Of a DNA stretch of 64,000 nt, positions 29,429 through 40,146 are shown in pieces. A program made the translations under genes and the position numbers. The notes under the pieces are model-generated. The model was not told the DNA's origin and searched no databases. It worked only from the letters and a program-made list of their open reading frames with translations. The DNA lies in the IMG/VR virus record IMGVR_UViG_3300009081_000001, positions 1 to 64,000 of that record; one strand, 5' to 3'. The DNA comes from a virus. The first letter of the stretch is position 1, and each line of letters begins with the position of its first letter.

Positions 29429-30406
29429 ATGAACATGGCGAAGAAGGTACAGCAGAGCACGGTCGAGCTGGTCTATGAGGCGCTTGTCCTCAAGGGCTGG
29501 CACGTTGACGACGTTGAGTTGGACCGTGGCGCGATCACGGTTACTGCAATGTCGCCTGATGGGGAGCAGTTGATTGACACGTTCAAGGCAACTGGCACCC
29601 GCAAGTGGCTGGATGGGGTAATGGACGTGAACCCCGTTGTGGCAGAGCCCGAGCTGTCGGAAGAGGAGTGGGAAGCCCTGTATGGCAACGTGACCGATAA
29701 CGATGTTTGCCTTGCGTTCCTTGACGAAATCCCCGCCCTGGTCACAAGCAAGGAAGTCGCAGAGGCCGTGGTGCGGGTGCTGGATGAGATATTGGAACCC
29801 GCCGCCGTGGAAGCGGCACCTGAAACCCCGAAGGGAGAGGATGAGATGAAAGTGTACGCCTGTGAGAAGTGCGGTGAGATCCTGCCCGAGCCTGCCCGGT
29901 TCTGTGAGCCCCACGGTCGCATGGAGCTGGCCCGCCAGGAAGAGGAAGTCAAGGCGTTCATCGAACACGAGGAATCGCTGCTTACGTCCTACCTGAACGT
30001 GCGCGAGGACTATATCGAGGAACACCCGTTCCTTGGTGTGGTCTTTGAGTCGATGACCTTCCGCCGGTTCCTGTGCATCCGGTACGAGACGCCACAGAGC
30101 GATGGTAGCACTGTCACCCGCGACCGCAAGCTGCTGGTGTCCCACGTCTACCAGGCCAAGAGCACGGATGGGATCTGTGTGGTAGGGTATGATACCTACC
30201 GCGAGGAAGTGCGCACGTTCCGCATCGACCGCATGAGGGGTGCCTACTTGGGTGAGTGTGCGCCCGAGCCCACGCATGGCAAGCCTGTGCTCTATCCTGC
30301 GTCCTACGATCTCCGCAAGGCAGTGCCCCAGGTGATGCGCAACCCCGAGAAGTACATCGGTAAGGGGTGGTCAACGAAGCCCCTGCCTGTGGTCTTGATG
30401 CAGTAG
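29429..30406 (+). CDS. Protein with acidic N-terminus, zinc finger and C-terminal WYL domain
   Basis: CEKC..CEPH; VGYDTYREEVRTFRIDRM matches the WYL RxFRxDRI signature. Confidence 0.7.
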   Translation: MNMAKKVQQSTVELVYEALVLKGWHVDDVELDRGAITVTAMSPDGEQLIDTFKATGTRKWLDGVMDVNPVVAEPELSEEEWEALYGNVTDNDVCLAFLDEIPALVTSKEVAEAVVRVLDEILEPAAVEAAPETPKGEDEMKVYACEKCGEILPEPARFCEPHGRMELARQEEEVKAFIEHEESLLTSYLNVREDYIEEHPFLGVVFESMTFRRFLCIRYETPQSDGSTVTRDRKLLVSHVYQAKSTDGICVVGYDTYREEVRTFRIDRMRGAYLGECAPEPTHGKPVLYPASYDLRKAVPQVMRNPEKYIGKGWSTKPLPVVLMQ

Positions 30407-30479
30407 CGTTTCCGTCGGAAATAGCCCCTTGCTCTCCTTGTGGGCAAGGGGCATTGTAATATCTATAAGGAGAGGAACG

Positions 30480-30794
30480 ATGACCGTCAAGAGTGTCGTG
30501 TTCGCGTTGGTTCTGCTGGCCGTGCTGTTCGCGCTCGTGCCCACGTTTGCCGTGGCCGAGCCCGCCATCGAGGCTCCTGCATCCGAAGCCCCAGTTCTCG
30601 CCAGGACGGTGTTCTTCACGCCGTACCTGTCCATCTACCACAACCGCTACAATGCCAATGGGGCGTACATCGGCAAGGCGTTGGGTGGTGGACTGTGCAC
30701 TCCTACTCGTGGTAGCTGGTGCAAGGCCACGAACGCCTACGGTAAGGTGTTCTTTGTGAAGTGGTGCAACTATGCCAGGTGTGTGCGCTGGTGA
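30480..30794 (+). CDS. Small secreted protein
   Basis: Signal-peptide-like MTVKSVVFALVLLAVLFALVPTFA; four Cys in the mature part. Confidence 0.6.
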   Translation: MTVKSVVFALVLLAVLFALVPTFAVAEPAIEAPASEAPVLARTVFFTPYLSIYHNRYNANGAYIGKALGGGLCTPTRGSWCKATNAYGKVFFVKWCNYARCVRW

Positions 30795-30816
30795 TTGAGA
30801 GTCAAGCCCCATTCTA

Positions 30817-30862
30817 GAACATCAGTTTGGGGCTTGACAAGTGTTCAGGAGTATGATACAAT
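30817..30862 (+). promoter_or_regulatory. Promoter with SOS-like box
   Basis: GAAC-ATCA-GTTT, 5 bp, TTGACA-17-TACAAT. Confidence 0.75.
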
Positions 30863-31692
30863 GGACCGTAGTTCAGAACGATAGGGAGGATGAACATGAA
30901 GAACCAGGATCGGATCTTTCAGTGCAAGAACTGTGGACAGGCGGTGCAGGGATGGCATACTGCACACGAGCAGTTTGACTGTGGCTGTGGGAACTACCAG
31001 CCGTGTGAACTGACAGAGGCAGAGTATCGGTATGTCTACGGTGATGCCCGGTACGAGCAGATGCAGGAGGACTAGCATGGATGAGACGATGTACGAGAAG
31101 GCCAGTGACGCACCGTGGAACCAGACGAGCGACGGGACCCCCTACTACCGGGGTAACGAGCCGTCGGCCAGCCAGATCGAATGGGAGTATCAGCAGGTGA
31201 TGCGTGGTGGCCTGCCCTGCTACCGCCTGTGCCACCCTGGTGATCACTGTGAGGGCTGCATGTGGGATGACGCCCGATGTGAGGATCTGAACGATGAGCC
31301 CGGCTATGAGGACTGCGACCTCTTCCCACCTATGAGCTGCCGGGGCTAGATTTCCGACGGAAATGGCTACGGCCAGGTGGCTCTCAACTTGGTATTGAGC
31401 TTCTGGATAGTCACCCGGCCGTTACTGTACCGCACCGTGTAACCGTTAATGCCTGCTTCCTTAAGGAGTGAGGGGAGTGCAGCAACAAAGCGTTCGAGAT
31501 CATCAGACTGGACGACTACCGGAACCTCAACCTGCTTGGGCTCACGCAATGCCCGGTAGTAACATGCTGTACACACACCCTTGCTCTTGTGAGGATGCGC
31601 TGTACTCCCACACTCTGTACACTGCTCATGCAGCCTTGACCACATATGGTTGCACCATCTTTCCCCGACTTGTTGCAACAAGTCTATGCCCT

Positions 31693-32217
31693 TTAGGGCT
31701 CCATGTCAACTACATTTCCGTCGGAAATGGCGTCGTCAGGCTCGATCTCAACCTCTTCCGTGACGGTTGTACGCCGAAACGTCGCCTTTCGCGCCGATTC
31801 CAACAGGGCTCGCGCTGGATGGCTCTTGTTAGCAGGCCCCTCAAGCAGCTTGCTATCCTCTTGCAGCCCCTTCTCCAGCTCTACAAGCAACCGCGCAGCC
31901 TGTACAGCCTCTTTGGAATCGTTAGAAGCCGCCAGATTGCTCATGTTTATGAGCATCGGTGCCCACGCTCGCTCAAGCACCTGGTGCAGCACCTGCTTAC
32001 GGGCCGCCAGCTCTTGAGCCAACATGCCCTGCACATAGGGAGAGTGCAGGGCATCATAGTACAGAGAGTGCGTTATGCCTGCCCGCTGACACGCCAACCG
32101 CGTCGTGGCGCAGTCCTTTCCAAACTGTTCCCTCACCTTCTGTACGATTTCCCACATTTTCACGTCCTGTGGGGATACAGCTTGAATGGCAGTATGGGGT
32201 GCGATCAGGTTGGTCAT
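31693..32217 (-). CDS. Putative terminase small subunit (HTH protein)
   Basis: ACQRAGITHSLYY helix-turn-helix followed by helical AVQAARLL region typical of TerS-like proteins. Confidence 0.5.
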   Translation of the reverse strand: MTNLIAPHTAIQAVSPQDVKMWEIVQKVREQFGKDCATTRLACQRAGITHSLYYDALHSPYVQGMLAQELAARKQVLHQVLERAWAPMLINMSNLAASNDSKEAVQAARLLVELEKGLQEDSKLLEGPANKSHPARALLESARKATFRRTTVTEEVEIEPDDAISDGNVVDMEP

Positions 32218-32279
32218 GGCATATAAAGCCTCATTGTCGTCATGTGTAGAAGTATATCACACTTAGGGAGGAAAGACAA

Positions 32280-35200
32280 GATGGATCTGAATGAGTTTGG
32301 GGAGCCTATCTACAAGATGGACCGTAAGACGAGAAGGCGGGTTGGGGCATTAAAGAGGATACTGGCAGAGAGGGATAGGTGGAGCGTCGGTTGCGAGATG
32401 CGCAGGAGCATTATAGAAAGGCAATTTGGACTGTGCCCGCGTTTTGGCAAGGAGCATGATATTGCAGTACTGCGTTCTAGGATCCCCGCTGATGTGTTGG
32501 AGCGGGAAGGATTGCTTTAGGGGAGAATGACAAGATGGAGTTCAATCTGTTCGGCTACAAGGTGACGGTTGTAAGGTTAGACAAGAGCAAGCCGGTGAAT
32601 TGGAGCGAGGACAAGCTACGTAGTCTGGCTCACAAGATTGATTCGCGGATTGGCCGACCCTCTAGAATGATGCGCGTCAAGATACTGCGCACGTATATGC
32701 CAACCAAGGCAGAGCCGGGGAGCGATGAGTCTATTGCCAATCTCAGGGAGGCGATGGCTCTCTGTGAGCGAATGTGGCTTGACGGGGGCTATGGTGACGT
32801 GGCCTAGCCATTTCCGACGGAAATAGAAAGGGATGACAAGATGGATAAGAAGCAGTTAGAGAGCCTGGGATGGAAGTTGCGGAGCACGAAGTCTGTGCGT
32901 CTGACGGATAGCAAGTTGGAGATTCGGACGCTCGATGGGAGTACTATCACGATTGAGGCTGTTCACAACTACGTTCAGGAGTACACCGCCCTGGAGATTG
33001 AGGTTGTGGACGACGATAGTGACGAGTGGGTAGAACTCGACTAAGAGGGGGAGGGTGACAAGATGCGTAGACTGGCTTATAGGGTTGTACTGAATATGGA
33101 GTGGTTCTTTCGCCATCAGTGGATAGAGACTAATATGGATCCTCACTACCGCTATTCTGAGCGAGAGAGGGTGCTGTGGTCTATCTACACCTTTTGGAAA
33201 CGTGCCCGCATTCGACTGGGGTAGCGGCATTTCCGACGGAAATACACTTTAAGGGAGAGATGAGATGGATGAGCTTGCAATGAGTCTGCATTTCAGTACT
33301 CACTACAATGGGCTGCAGGCCCTCGATAGGATCAATGAGCAGCGGCTTATGTGGCTGGTTGCCGATGAGCTGGATATGGACTGCAACCGCTACTATGATG
33401 GTGGGTGCATGGACTGTCGGAACTATCACAAGTGCAGGGCTGCGTATCTGCACATGATTTCCGACGGAAATACAGAAGGGGAGGACCAACATGGACAGTG
33501 ATACAATCTTGAACCGTGCTGAGGATGCTATTGCCCGTATGTTGAGGGCAGAGCGACGGGGGGAGCGGCTGGAGGGACTGCTGCGCAAACTAGTAGAAGA
33601 TGAGCGCAATTTTACCACTGGCTATTGGGTTGCCGTGGATTGCTCGTTGACTTACTGCAACTTCTGCCATCAGAGCCACGCTGACAGATATGCAATCGAG
33701 CACACGGCTGACTGCCCGGTGCTACTGGCGCGGGCTGCTATTTCCGACGGAAATGAGGACGGCCATGCTGTGTCCTAACTGTGGTAAGCCTATCCGGTTG
33801 ACGTATCGAGCATTGGGGATCATAAGGCATATCTGCCACCGTTGTGGGTGGCGAGAAGGTTGCTAAGAGGAGGATAGCAGAATGGATAAGATGCGGTGTG
33901 AGGGTTGGAGACGCAAGGGTGGCGCTTTTTCATTCGGGCCTGTGAAGTGGTCACAATGCGAGAATGACGCTATCGTTGTACTCAAGGTCAAACAGGATGA
34001 CAAAGTAGCCGACTTCCCGGCCTGTATCGAGTGCTGGAATGAGGCGAACGAACGCGGTATCAGGGTTCTGGAAGCAAAGCCAATCGTGGAATAGCAACGT
34101 TGGCTGAAACTGTTGCGGAATAGCCACGTCCCTGTGGTATAATAGGCTCGAAAGGAGAGAGCGAACGATGGGAAGGGAAATCAAGCGTGTTCCACTGGAC
34201 TTTGATTGGCCGCTCAACAAGGTGTGGCAGGGTTATCTCAATCCGTTCGCCAAGGCGCGGCACGAGTGTCTAGAGTGTGATGGCACCGGCTACAACCCCG
34301 AGACGAAACAGATTGCCGATGACTGGTACGATCACGATGGGTTTGGCAATCGCTGGATGTACGTCTATGGTACAGCACCGGATGGCACTCCAGCAAAGCG
34401 CCCACCCTGGAAGATCGTCGGTGATTGTCACCGATGGGACAATAAGCTAGAGGCGGGCGAGGTCGAGGCCCTGATGGAGCATGGCCGCCTGTCCGATCTG
34501 ACTTATCCCCTGTGGTATCGCAAAGATGGTGATCAGTGGCTCGTGCTGGATGAGCGTGATCGTGATAAGGGTTGGGTGCCATGTGATCCGCCTACCATGC
34601 CTACTCCTGAACAGGTGAACTACTGGAGCCAACATTCGTTTGGTCACGATGCAATCAACCGCTGGATTTGCATCGAGGCCAGGGCCACGCGCCTGGGTGT
34701 GTGGGGCCAGTGTGAGGTTTGTGATGGAACCGGGGAGCATTGGTCTTCACCCGAAGCCAAGGAGCAGTATGATACCTGGGAGAAGATCGAGCCGCCTGCA
34801 GGTGAGGGTTGGCAAGTGTGGGAGACAGTTAGCGAGGGTTCCCCTGTTTCACCCGTTTTTGATTCACCAGATGCCCTGATTGCTCATTTGGTGACTGACG
34901 GCTATAGCCTGGAAGCAGCGTCAAACTTTGTCAACAGCAGCGGTTGGGCACCAAGCATGATGGCCGTCGATGGTGTGATGTACTCTGACATAGAGGCTTG
35001 TGGTATCGACTAGCATCCATTTCCGTCGGAAACGTAGAGCCCCGGTGAATAGCCGGGGCTCTTTCTATTTCCCCCTAAAGGAGAGAGCATGTACTACATT
35101 TACAGCAAGGAAGAATCAGAGAGGGAAGGAGAGCCTATGTTTTGGTCTAATCAGTTTGGCTGGACAACGTTCGAGAGTGCCACCGACTTCAAAGAGGAAG

Positions 35201-36134
35201 AGGCCAAGCTGTATAGGTTGCCCATCGGTGGTGCGTGGGTATCGTTTCGAGAGGCTATGTACCTGTTCAAGTAAGAAGGAGTGAAGCCATGAAGACCTGT
35301 GACTACTGTATGCTACCCGTTGGCGACGATGGCCTTGAGATTGACGGCCAGGTGTACCACCCTCTCTGTCACAAGATGATGGTGGAAGAGGCTTGCTGTT
35401 TCTGCATGTACTACGATGAGACAGGCGAGTGTGCGCCCGATTGTACCCTGCAGGCTTATGCGGAGAAGTATCTTGAAGAGGAGGCCGAAGATGCCATTGC
35501 TGAATGAAACGTATGTGGACCAGGACGGCTACTTTTGCCCTAACTGTGGGGAGGATCCTGGCCTTGGCTACGATGATCCCATTGAAGAATCAGCAACAGT
35601 TGTCACACGGAAAGCTGAGTGTCTTCACTGTGGTGCCTCTTGGGTTGAGGTCTACAATCTGATGAGCTATGACAGCCTCACGCTGGCCGATGGAACAGAA
35701 GTACAAACCAAGTTCATGGAGGAGGAAAGCAATGACTAACTTTCGTGAGATTGATGGACTGGATTGCCCTTACTGTGGCGCTGATCTGATGAACCTGGCT
35801 GATGACCTGATTGGAGAGGAATCGGGTGACTGCTCTAGCCGGGAGGAATGCCCTGGCTGTGGGGTACAGGTTGATATTGACGTGGAAGTAATCTACAAGA
35901 TCAAAGTCTCTGTAGAGATAAAGGAGGAAGACTATGGATCCTAAGTTTATCCTTATCAAGCTGCCTACCAACATGAGTAGGGCAGAGCTGGAAGAGGAAG
36001 TGGCCCGGTTCATGGGCCACTTTTACTTTCCCGATGCGGAACAGCCCCTTGTGCTCACCGACGAGCATTTCATTGAGGTATGGCACATGGATAGCATGTT
36101 TGGTCCCGGTGCCCATCCCCTGGTGAGCGCGTAG
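32280..36134 (+). CDS. Cluster of small hypothetical early genes, several with CxxC zinc fingers; includes 34168-35013 (281 aa, CxxCxGxG repeats)
   Basis: Tightly packed ORFs with GGAG/AGGAG RBSs. Confidence 0.6.
35036..35070 (+). terminator. Intrinsic terminator
   Basis: AGAGCCCCGG-loop-CCGGGGCTCT followed by TTCTATTT. Confidence 0.75.
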
Positions 36135-36388
36135 TATTTCCGTCGGAAATGCGTGAGGGCCGGGACTCCTGGCAAATCCCGGCCCTCTAGAGAAAGGAGG
36201 ATGGACACCTAGAGTATATCACTCCACCGTTCAGAAGTCAAGTACACGGTTCATATAAATGGAAAGGGCCGGTATCACTTCCCTCGCAAGAATAAGAAGC
36301 ACCGGCCCTCTCCTATTCAGTTGTAGAACATACGCTCACCAGTGCTGCTAGTATAGCAGACTACAATTCAGAAGTCAAGGAGAGAGAT

Positions 36389-36748
36389 ATGAACTATCAG
36401 AAAACAACCATCGTTGGCAACCTGGGTGCAAAGCCCGAGCTGCGCTACACGACAGAGGGTAAACCCGTCTGCAAGTTCTCCGTTGCCGTCAACCAGAAGT
36501 CCGGCGAGCAGAAGTTTACCACTTGGTATAAGGTGGTGACGTGGAACGGCTTGGCCGAAGACTGTGCCAAGTACCTTGAGAAAGGCCAGAACGTCCTTGT
36601 CGAAGGCCGCGTACAGGTTGAAGTATGGGCAGATAAGGTGTCCCAAGAGCCAAGGGGGAGCCTGGTTCTTACGAGCAACAATGTCGAGTTTGGTGAGAAG
36701 TCGAAGGGTGGTGTGGCAGGAACAGAGCCAGAAGAGATGCCTTTCTAG
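36389..36748 (+). CDS. ssb: Single-stranded DNA-binding protein
   Basis: IVGNLGAKPELRYT, FSVAVN, YLEKGQNVLVEGR, acidic EEMPF tail. Confidence 0.95.
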   Translation: MNYQKTTIVGNLGAKPELRYTTEGKPVCKFSVAVNQKSGEQKFTTWYKVVTWNGLAEDCAKYLEKGQNVLVEGRVQVEVWADKVSQEPRGSLVLTSNNVEFGEKSKGGVAGTEPEEMPF

Positions 36749-37053
36749 TGGTCGATGGGAACCGGGATGGGAACAGCCAACACCTGTTTGATCTCATCTA
36801 CCAGGGTGGGATCAGAGACAAACAGCGGGCTCTTTCCATCCCAAGCCATCAGCCCCGCAAAGCACCGTTGCAGCAGAGAAAGGGGGTCTGTCCGTCGATG
36901 CTGCAACATATCCAGAATGTAACGTGCTGTGCGGGGGCTATCGCACAATGCCGACAATGCGATAATACAGTCTTCCATGCAATCTCCACTACGAGTAAGA
37001 TGGATGACATTATACCACACAACCTTATGACATGCAAGTCAGAACAAATGTGC

Positions 37054-37446
37054 CTACGCCTCAATCTCCTCTTCAACCGTGATCTCGCTCACGAACGCGG
37101 TAAGGGAGCGGATAGCCATAAGGTACTGCTTGCGAGCAGCCGGTGTCATCTTCGCTAGTATCCGTTCTGCCTCATTCAGCGTGGCAATAGTGGCGGGGTC
37201 TGCGTTTCTCACATCAACGTGGGGAGGCAGCAGACCGGCCAACTGGTAGACGTAGAAGACAGAGACTTCAAAGAAGTCGGCTATCCTCTGTAACGTCTCA
37301 TGCTGCGGAACGTGGCCCTTGGTCATAATGTATGACACATTGGCCTTGGGTATGTTAGCCTCTTTGCTGAACTCTGCTTGGGACATTTCGCGGCGGTCCA
37401 ACTGCTGCGAAATCCACTCTGACAGTGGTGTGCTGTACGTCGCCAT
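37054..37446 (-). CDS. XRE-family HTH repressor (CI-like, no protease domain)
   Basis: MSQAEFSKEANIPKANVSYI..P..ETLQRIADFF; transcribed against the flow of neighbours. Confidence 0.85.
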   Translation of the reverse strand: MATYSTPLSEWISQQLDRREMSQAEFSKEANIPKANVSYIMTKGHVPQHETLQRIADFFEVSVFYVYQLAGLLPPHVDVRNADPATIATLNEAERILAKMTPAARKQYLMAIRSLTAFVSEITVEEEIEA

Positions 37447-37478
37447 TCTCTCTTTCCCCCGGTCATTCGATTGCTCAC

Positions 37479-37547
37479 AGTATATCACGTCAGTGTACAA
37501 ATGTCAAGAAACTGGGTATTGACATCTGAACGATTGTATGGTAAACT
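37479..37547. promoter_or_regulatory. Back-to-back divergent promoters (immunity switch)
   Basis: Minus TTGACA(37507-37502)-17-TATACT; plus TTGACA(37519)-17-TAAACT; inverted repeat GCGTTCAG-TGGT-CTGAACGC just downstream. Confidence 0.8.
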
Positions 37548-37587
37548 AGCGTTCAGTGGTCTGAACGCGGAAAGGTGGTTCAGAACC

Positions 37588-37728
37588 ATGAGTAAGAGAC
37601 TCTATGCTGATGTGGATGAGGCCCTACACAGGGCGGTGAAGTCCAAGGCTGCAAGTGAGGGCAAGACAATCTCCGAAGTGGTGGAACAGAAGATGCGTGA
37701 GTATCTACAAGAGAAGAAGGAGAGCTAG
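37588..37728 (+). CDS. Ribbon-helix-helix DNA-binding protein in the Cro position
   Basis: MSKRLYADVDEALHRAVKSKAASEGKTISEVVE is a CopG/Arc-type pattern. Confidence 0.8.
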   Translation: MSKRLYADVDEALHRAVKSKAASEGKTISEVVEQKMREYLQEKKES

Positions 37729-38064
37729 GATGAAGACTCACAAGACAAACCCGCGTCTAGAGATTTGGTCAAAGGGAGGTTGGTTCAGCACCGTAGACAG
37801 GCAAATGGAGCAGGCCATGCTCGACCTGAAAGAGCTAGAACGGCACCTAAACGAACATGCAATGCTCGTAGGTTTCGAGTCACAGGTGCAGTGCGACTAT
37901 GAGTACGAGTGTGAGATTTGTGGCTACACACATACTGAGAGGGAGCGCATTCGCAAGTGTGCCTGCGGTGCCGATGTTTGCAACAACTGCGGGTATCTCT
38001 CCGAGGATGATACCCAGTGGCTTTGCGAGAAGTGCTTTAAGGCTCAGTACAAGGAGGACTAAGC

Positions 38065-39705
38065 ATGGACAAGGCAACACTGTACGCCCTGGATAACAAC
38101 TGGACCATCGATATGCTGAACGCCATGAACGGCGACCTGTTTGCCAGCCTGGGTATCAACCCCTGGTATCCAGAAGACTGGGCAGAGAACCCGGTCAACC
38201 ATATCCTCAAGAATGACAACCTTTGGGAGCGCCTGTCTAGTATGGAGGGTGTGTCTGGTGTGTCCCTGGTTCGTGCCCAAGTCATCTGCCAGCAGCTTAT
38301 GTGGAACTTTGGGCGGTTCGGTAAGGGACCAGAAGGGGATGGACTGCCCAAGACGCTGCGCAAGCTGTGGTATGCGGGGCACAAGGAAGCCCTGCAGTAC
38401 ATTAGCAAGCTGCTTGACGTGTGGCGGAACAAAGAGAGCGGGCAGATGAATGACGTGAGTGCCAATGCCTGCATGTCCACCGTCTACGGTGAGTTTGTGG
38501 ATACCCGCCTTGTCACCTACCTGGATATGTTCGTCAAGGATGGGAGCCGCCAGTTTGAAGTGTTCTCCGTCTACAACCGCTTGCCCAACCCTCTCTCTAA
38601 TATCGTCTTCTGCATCGAGAAGGATGCGGCCTATGAGGACTGCGTGAGGATTGCCAAGGCGTTAGGGGCAGCTTGTGCCCTCTCCGGTGGTGGTAAGATG
38701 GGCAAGGCTGGCACCGAGAACATGGTACGCCAAGCCCTATCCAGTTGGTACAAGACCGAGACGCCCGGTGATCTGGTTACGGAAGAGAATCCCTGCTATG
38801 TCCTGGTGATCAGCGATTGGGACTATGATGGGGAGAGCGTTATTGCCCCTACCTTTGTCGAGCAGATGCGCCGGTACATTCCCGACGACAAGATGAACTG
38901 GTGCCGCGTCGGTATCAAGCCTGAACAGGTAGAAAGACTAGGCCACGACCTGTTGAGCAAGGCATATCAGGTGAAGTACCACGTCAACAGCGCCTATACC
39001 CGGTGGTGCCAGGCCAACGCCATCTTTGACATCAGCGGCGAGGCATACCAGGGAGAAGAGGAGTTTGACCGGGTTGTGGACCAGGCCAAGTATCTCTCCC
39101 CTACACTGGGCTATGCTCTACGGGACAACGGCCATGTGCTCAAGCACGATACCCTCAAGACCATCTTTGAGCTGTGCCCGCCCCTTGGCTATGAGCTGGA
39201 TGCCCTCAAGCGTGTTGAGTACGCCGAGCTGATTGTTGAGGGCTTGCTGACCATGATTTCCTGGGATGACCTGATTGATGCCCTCTCTCGCAAGGCATGG
39301 AGCAATCCAAGCGAAGTGACCGAGAGCTTGGTTCAGGCCGTGCTTGCAGACAACGAGGACTATCAATCCCTGGACCAGCACATTACCGAGCTACGGGCAC
39401 AGTTTGAGGCGCTGATTGCAGACCTGGAAGGGAAGAAGGGAGACTTTGAGAGCACAGTACGCGCCGAGATCGAGCCCCTGGTGAATATCTGGAAGGACGA
39501 TGAGCGCATTGCAGAGAAGGATCCGGTGCCCTCACAAGACGCTATGGCTGCTCATCTACGCCAAGTGAGCGCCTGGGACCACTGGCAACCATTCAATCAC
39601 TGGGACCGCAACGGTGCCCACGGTGAAGTGGTCGAAGATGAAGAGGAAGAGACGCTAACCGACCTGCGAAACCGGCCTCTCTACTTTGACCGGGTGACGT
39701 TCTAG
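38065..39705 (+). CDS. TOPRIM protein of Topo VI-A/Spo11/JetD-like type
   Basis: TLRKLWY, FCIEKDA, VISDWDYDG (DxD), YELDAL. Confidence 0.65.
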   Translation: MDKATLYALDNNWTIDMLNAMNGDLFASLGINPWYPEDWAENPVNHILKNDNLWERLSSMEGVSGVSLVRAQVICQQLMWNFGRFGKGPEGDGLPKTLRKLWYAGHKEALQYISKLLDVWRNKESGQMNDVSANACMSTVYGEFVDTRLVTYLDMFVKDGSRQFEVFSVYNRLPNPLSNIVFCIEKDAAYEDCVRIAKALGAACALSGGGKMGKAGTENMVRQALSSWYKTETPGDLVTEENPCYVLVISDWDYDGESVIAPTFVEQMRRYIPDDKMNWCRVGIKPEQVERLGHDLLSKAYQVKYHVNSAYTRWCQANAIFDISGEAYQGEEEFDRVVDQAKYLSPTLGYALRDNGHVLKHDTLKTIFELCPPLGYELDALKRVEYAELIVEGLLTMISWDDLIDALSRKAWSNPSEVTESLVQAVLADNEDYQSLDQHITELRAQFEALIADLEGKKGDFESTVRAEIEPLVNIWKDDERIAEKDPVPSQDAMAAHLRQVSAWDHWQPFNHWDRNGAHGEVVEDEEEETLTDLRNRPLYFDRVTF

Positions 39706-40146
39706 GTAAGTGGGGGAGAGTGCCCCTGACTCTCCCCCACATTTCCGACGGAAATAGGAGGGAGGGACAGAATGAACCAGATGATTTGGAAATTGCGTGA
39801 GATGTTAGTACGGAACACGCAGGAACCCTGGTTGGTGGCAGATACCATGAAGTACATGGCCGAAGTGAAAGAGGCCAACCTTGACGATCTCGCTTGGCTG
39901 CTGGCATCGAATGAGTATGGCTGTCACTACAATGACGTGAAGGGGCTGATTGATCTTCTTTCCAAGTACTTGAGCAAGAAGGAGGAAGGATAGGATGGAC
40001 AAAAAAGAAGAACACTTGCACGAATGGGAAACCGTGCCCGGTTGGGGCGTCGTCGTTGGCGTGAGCAAGTGCAAAACCTGTGGCAAGGTGAGCAGGACCA
40101 GCGACTTTCCTACGGTTGAGAAGAAACAGCGCAAGGAGGACTAGCC

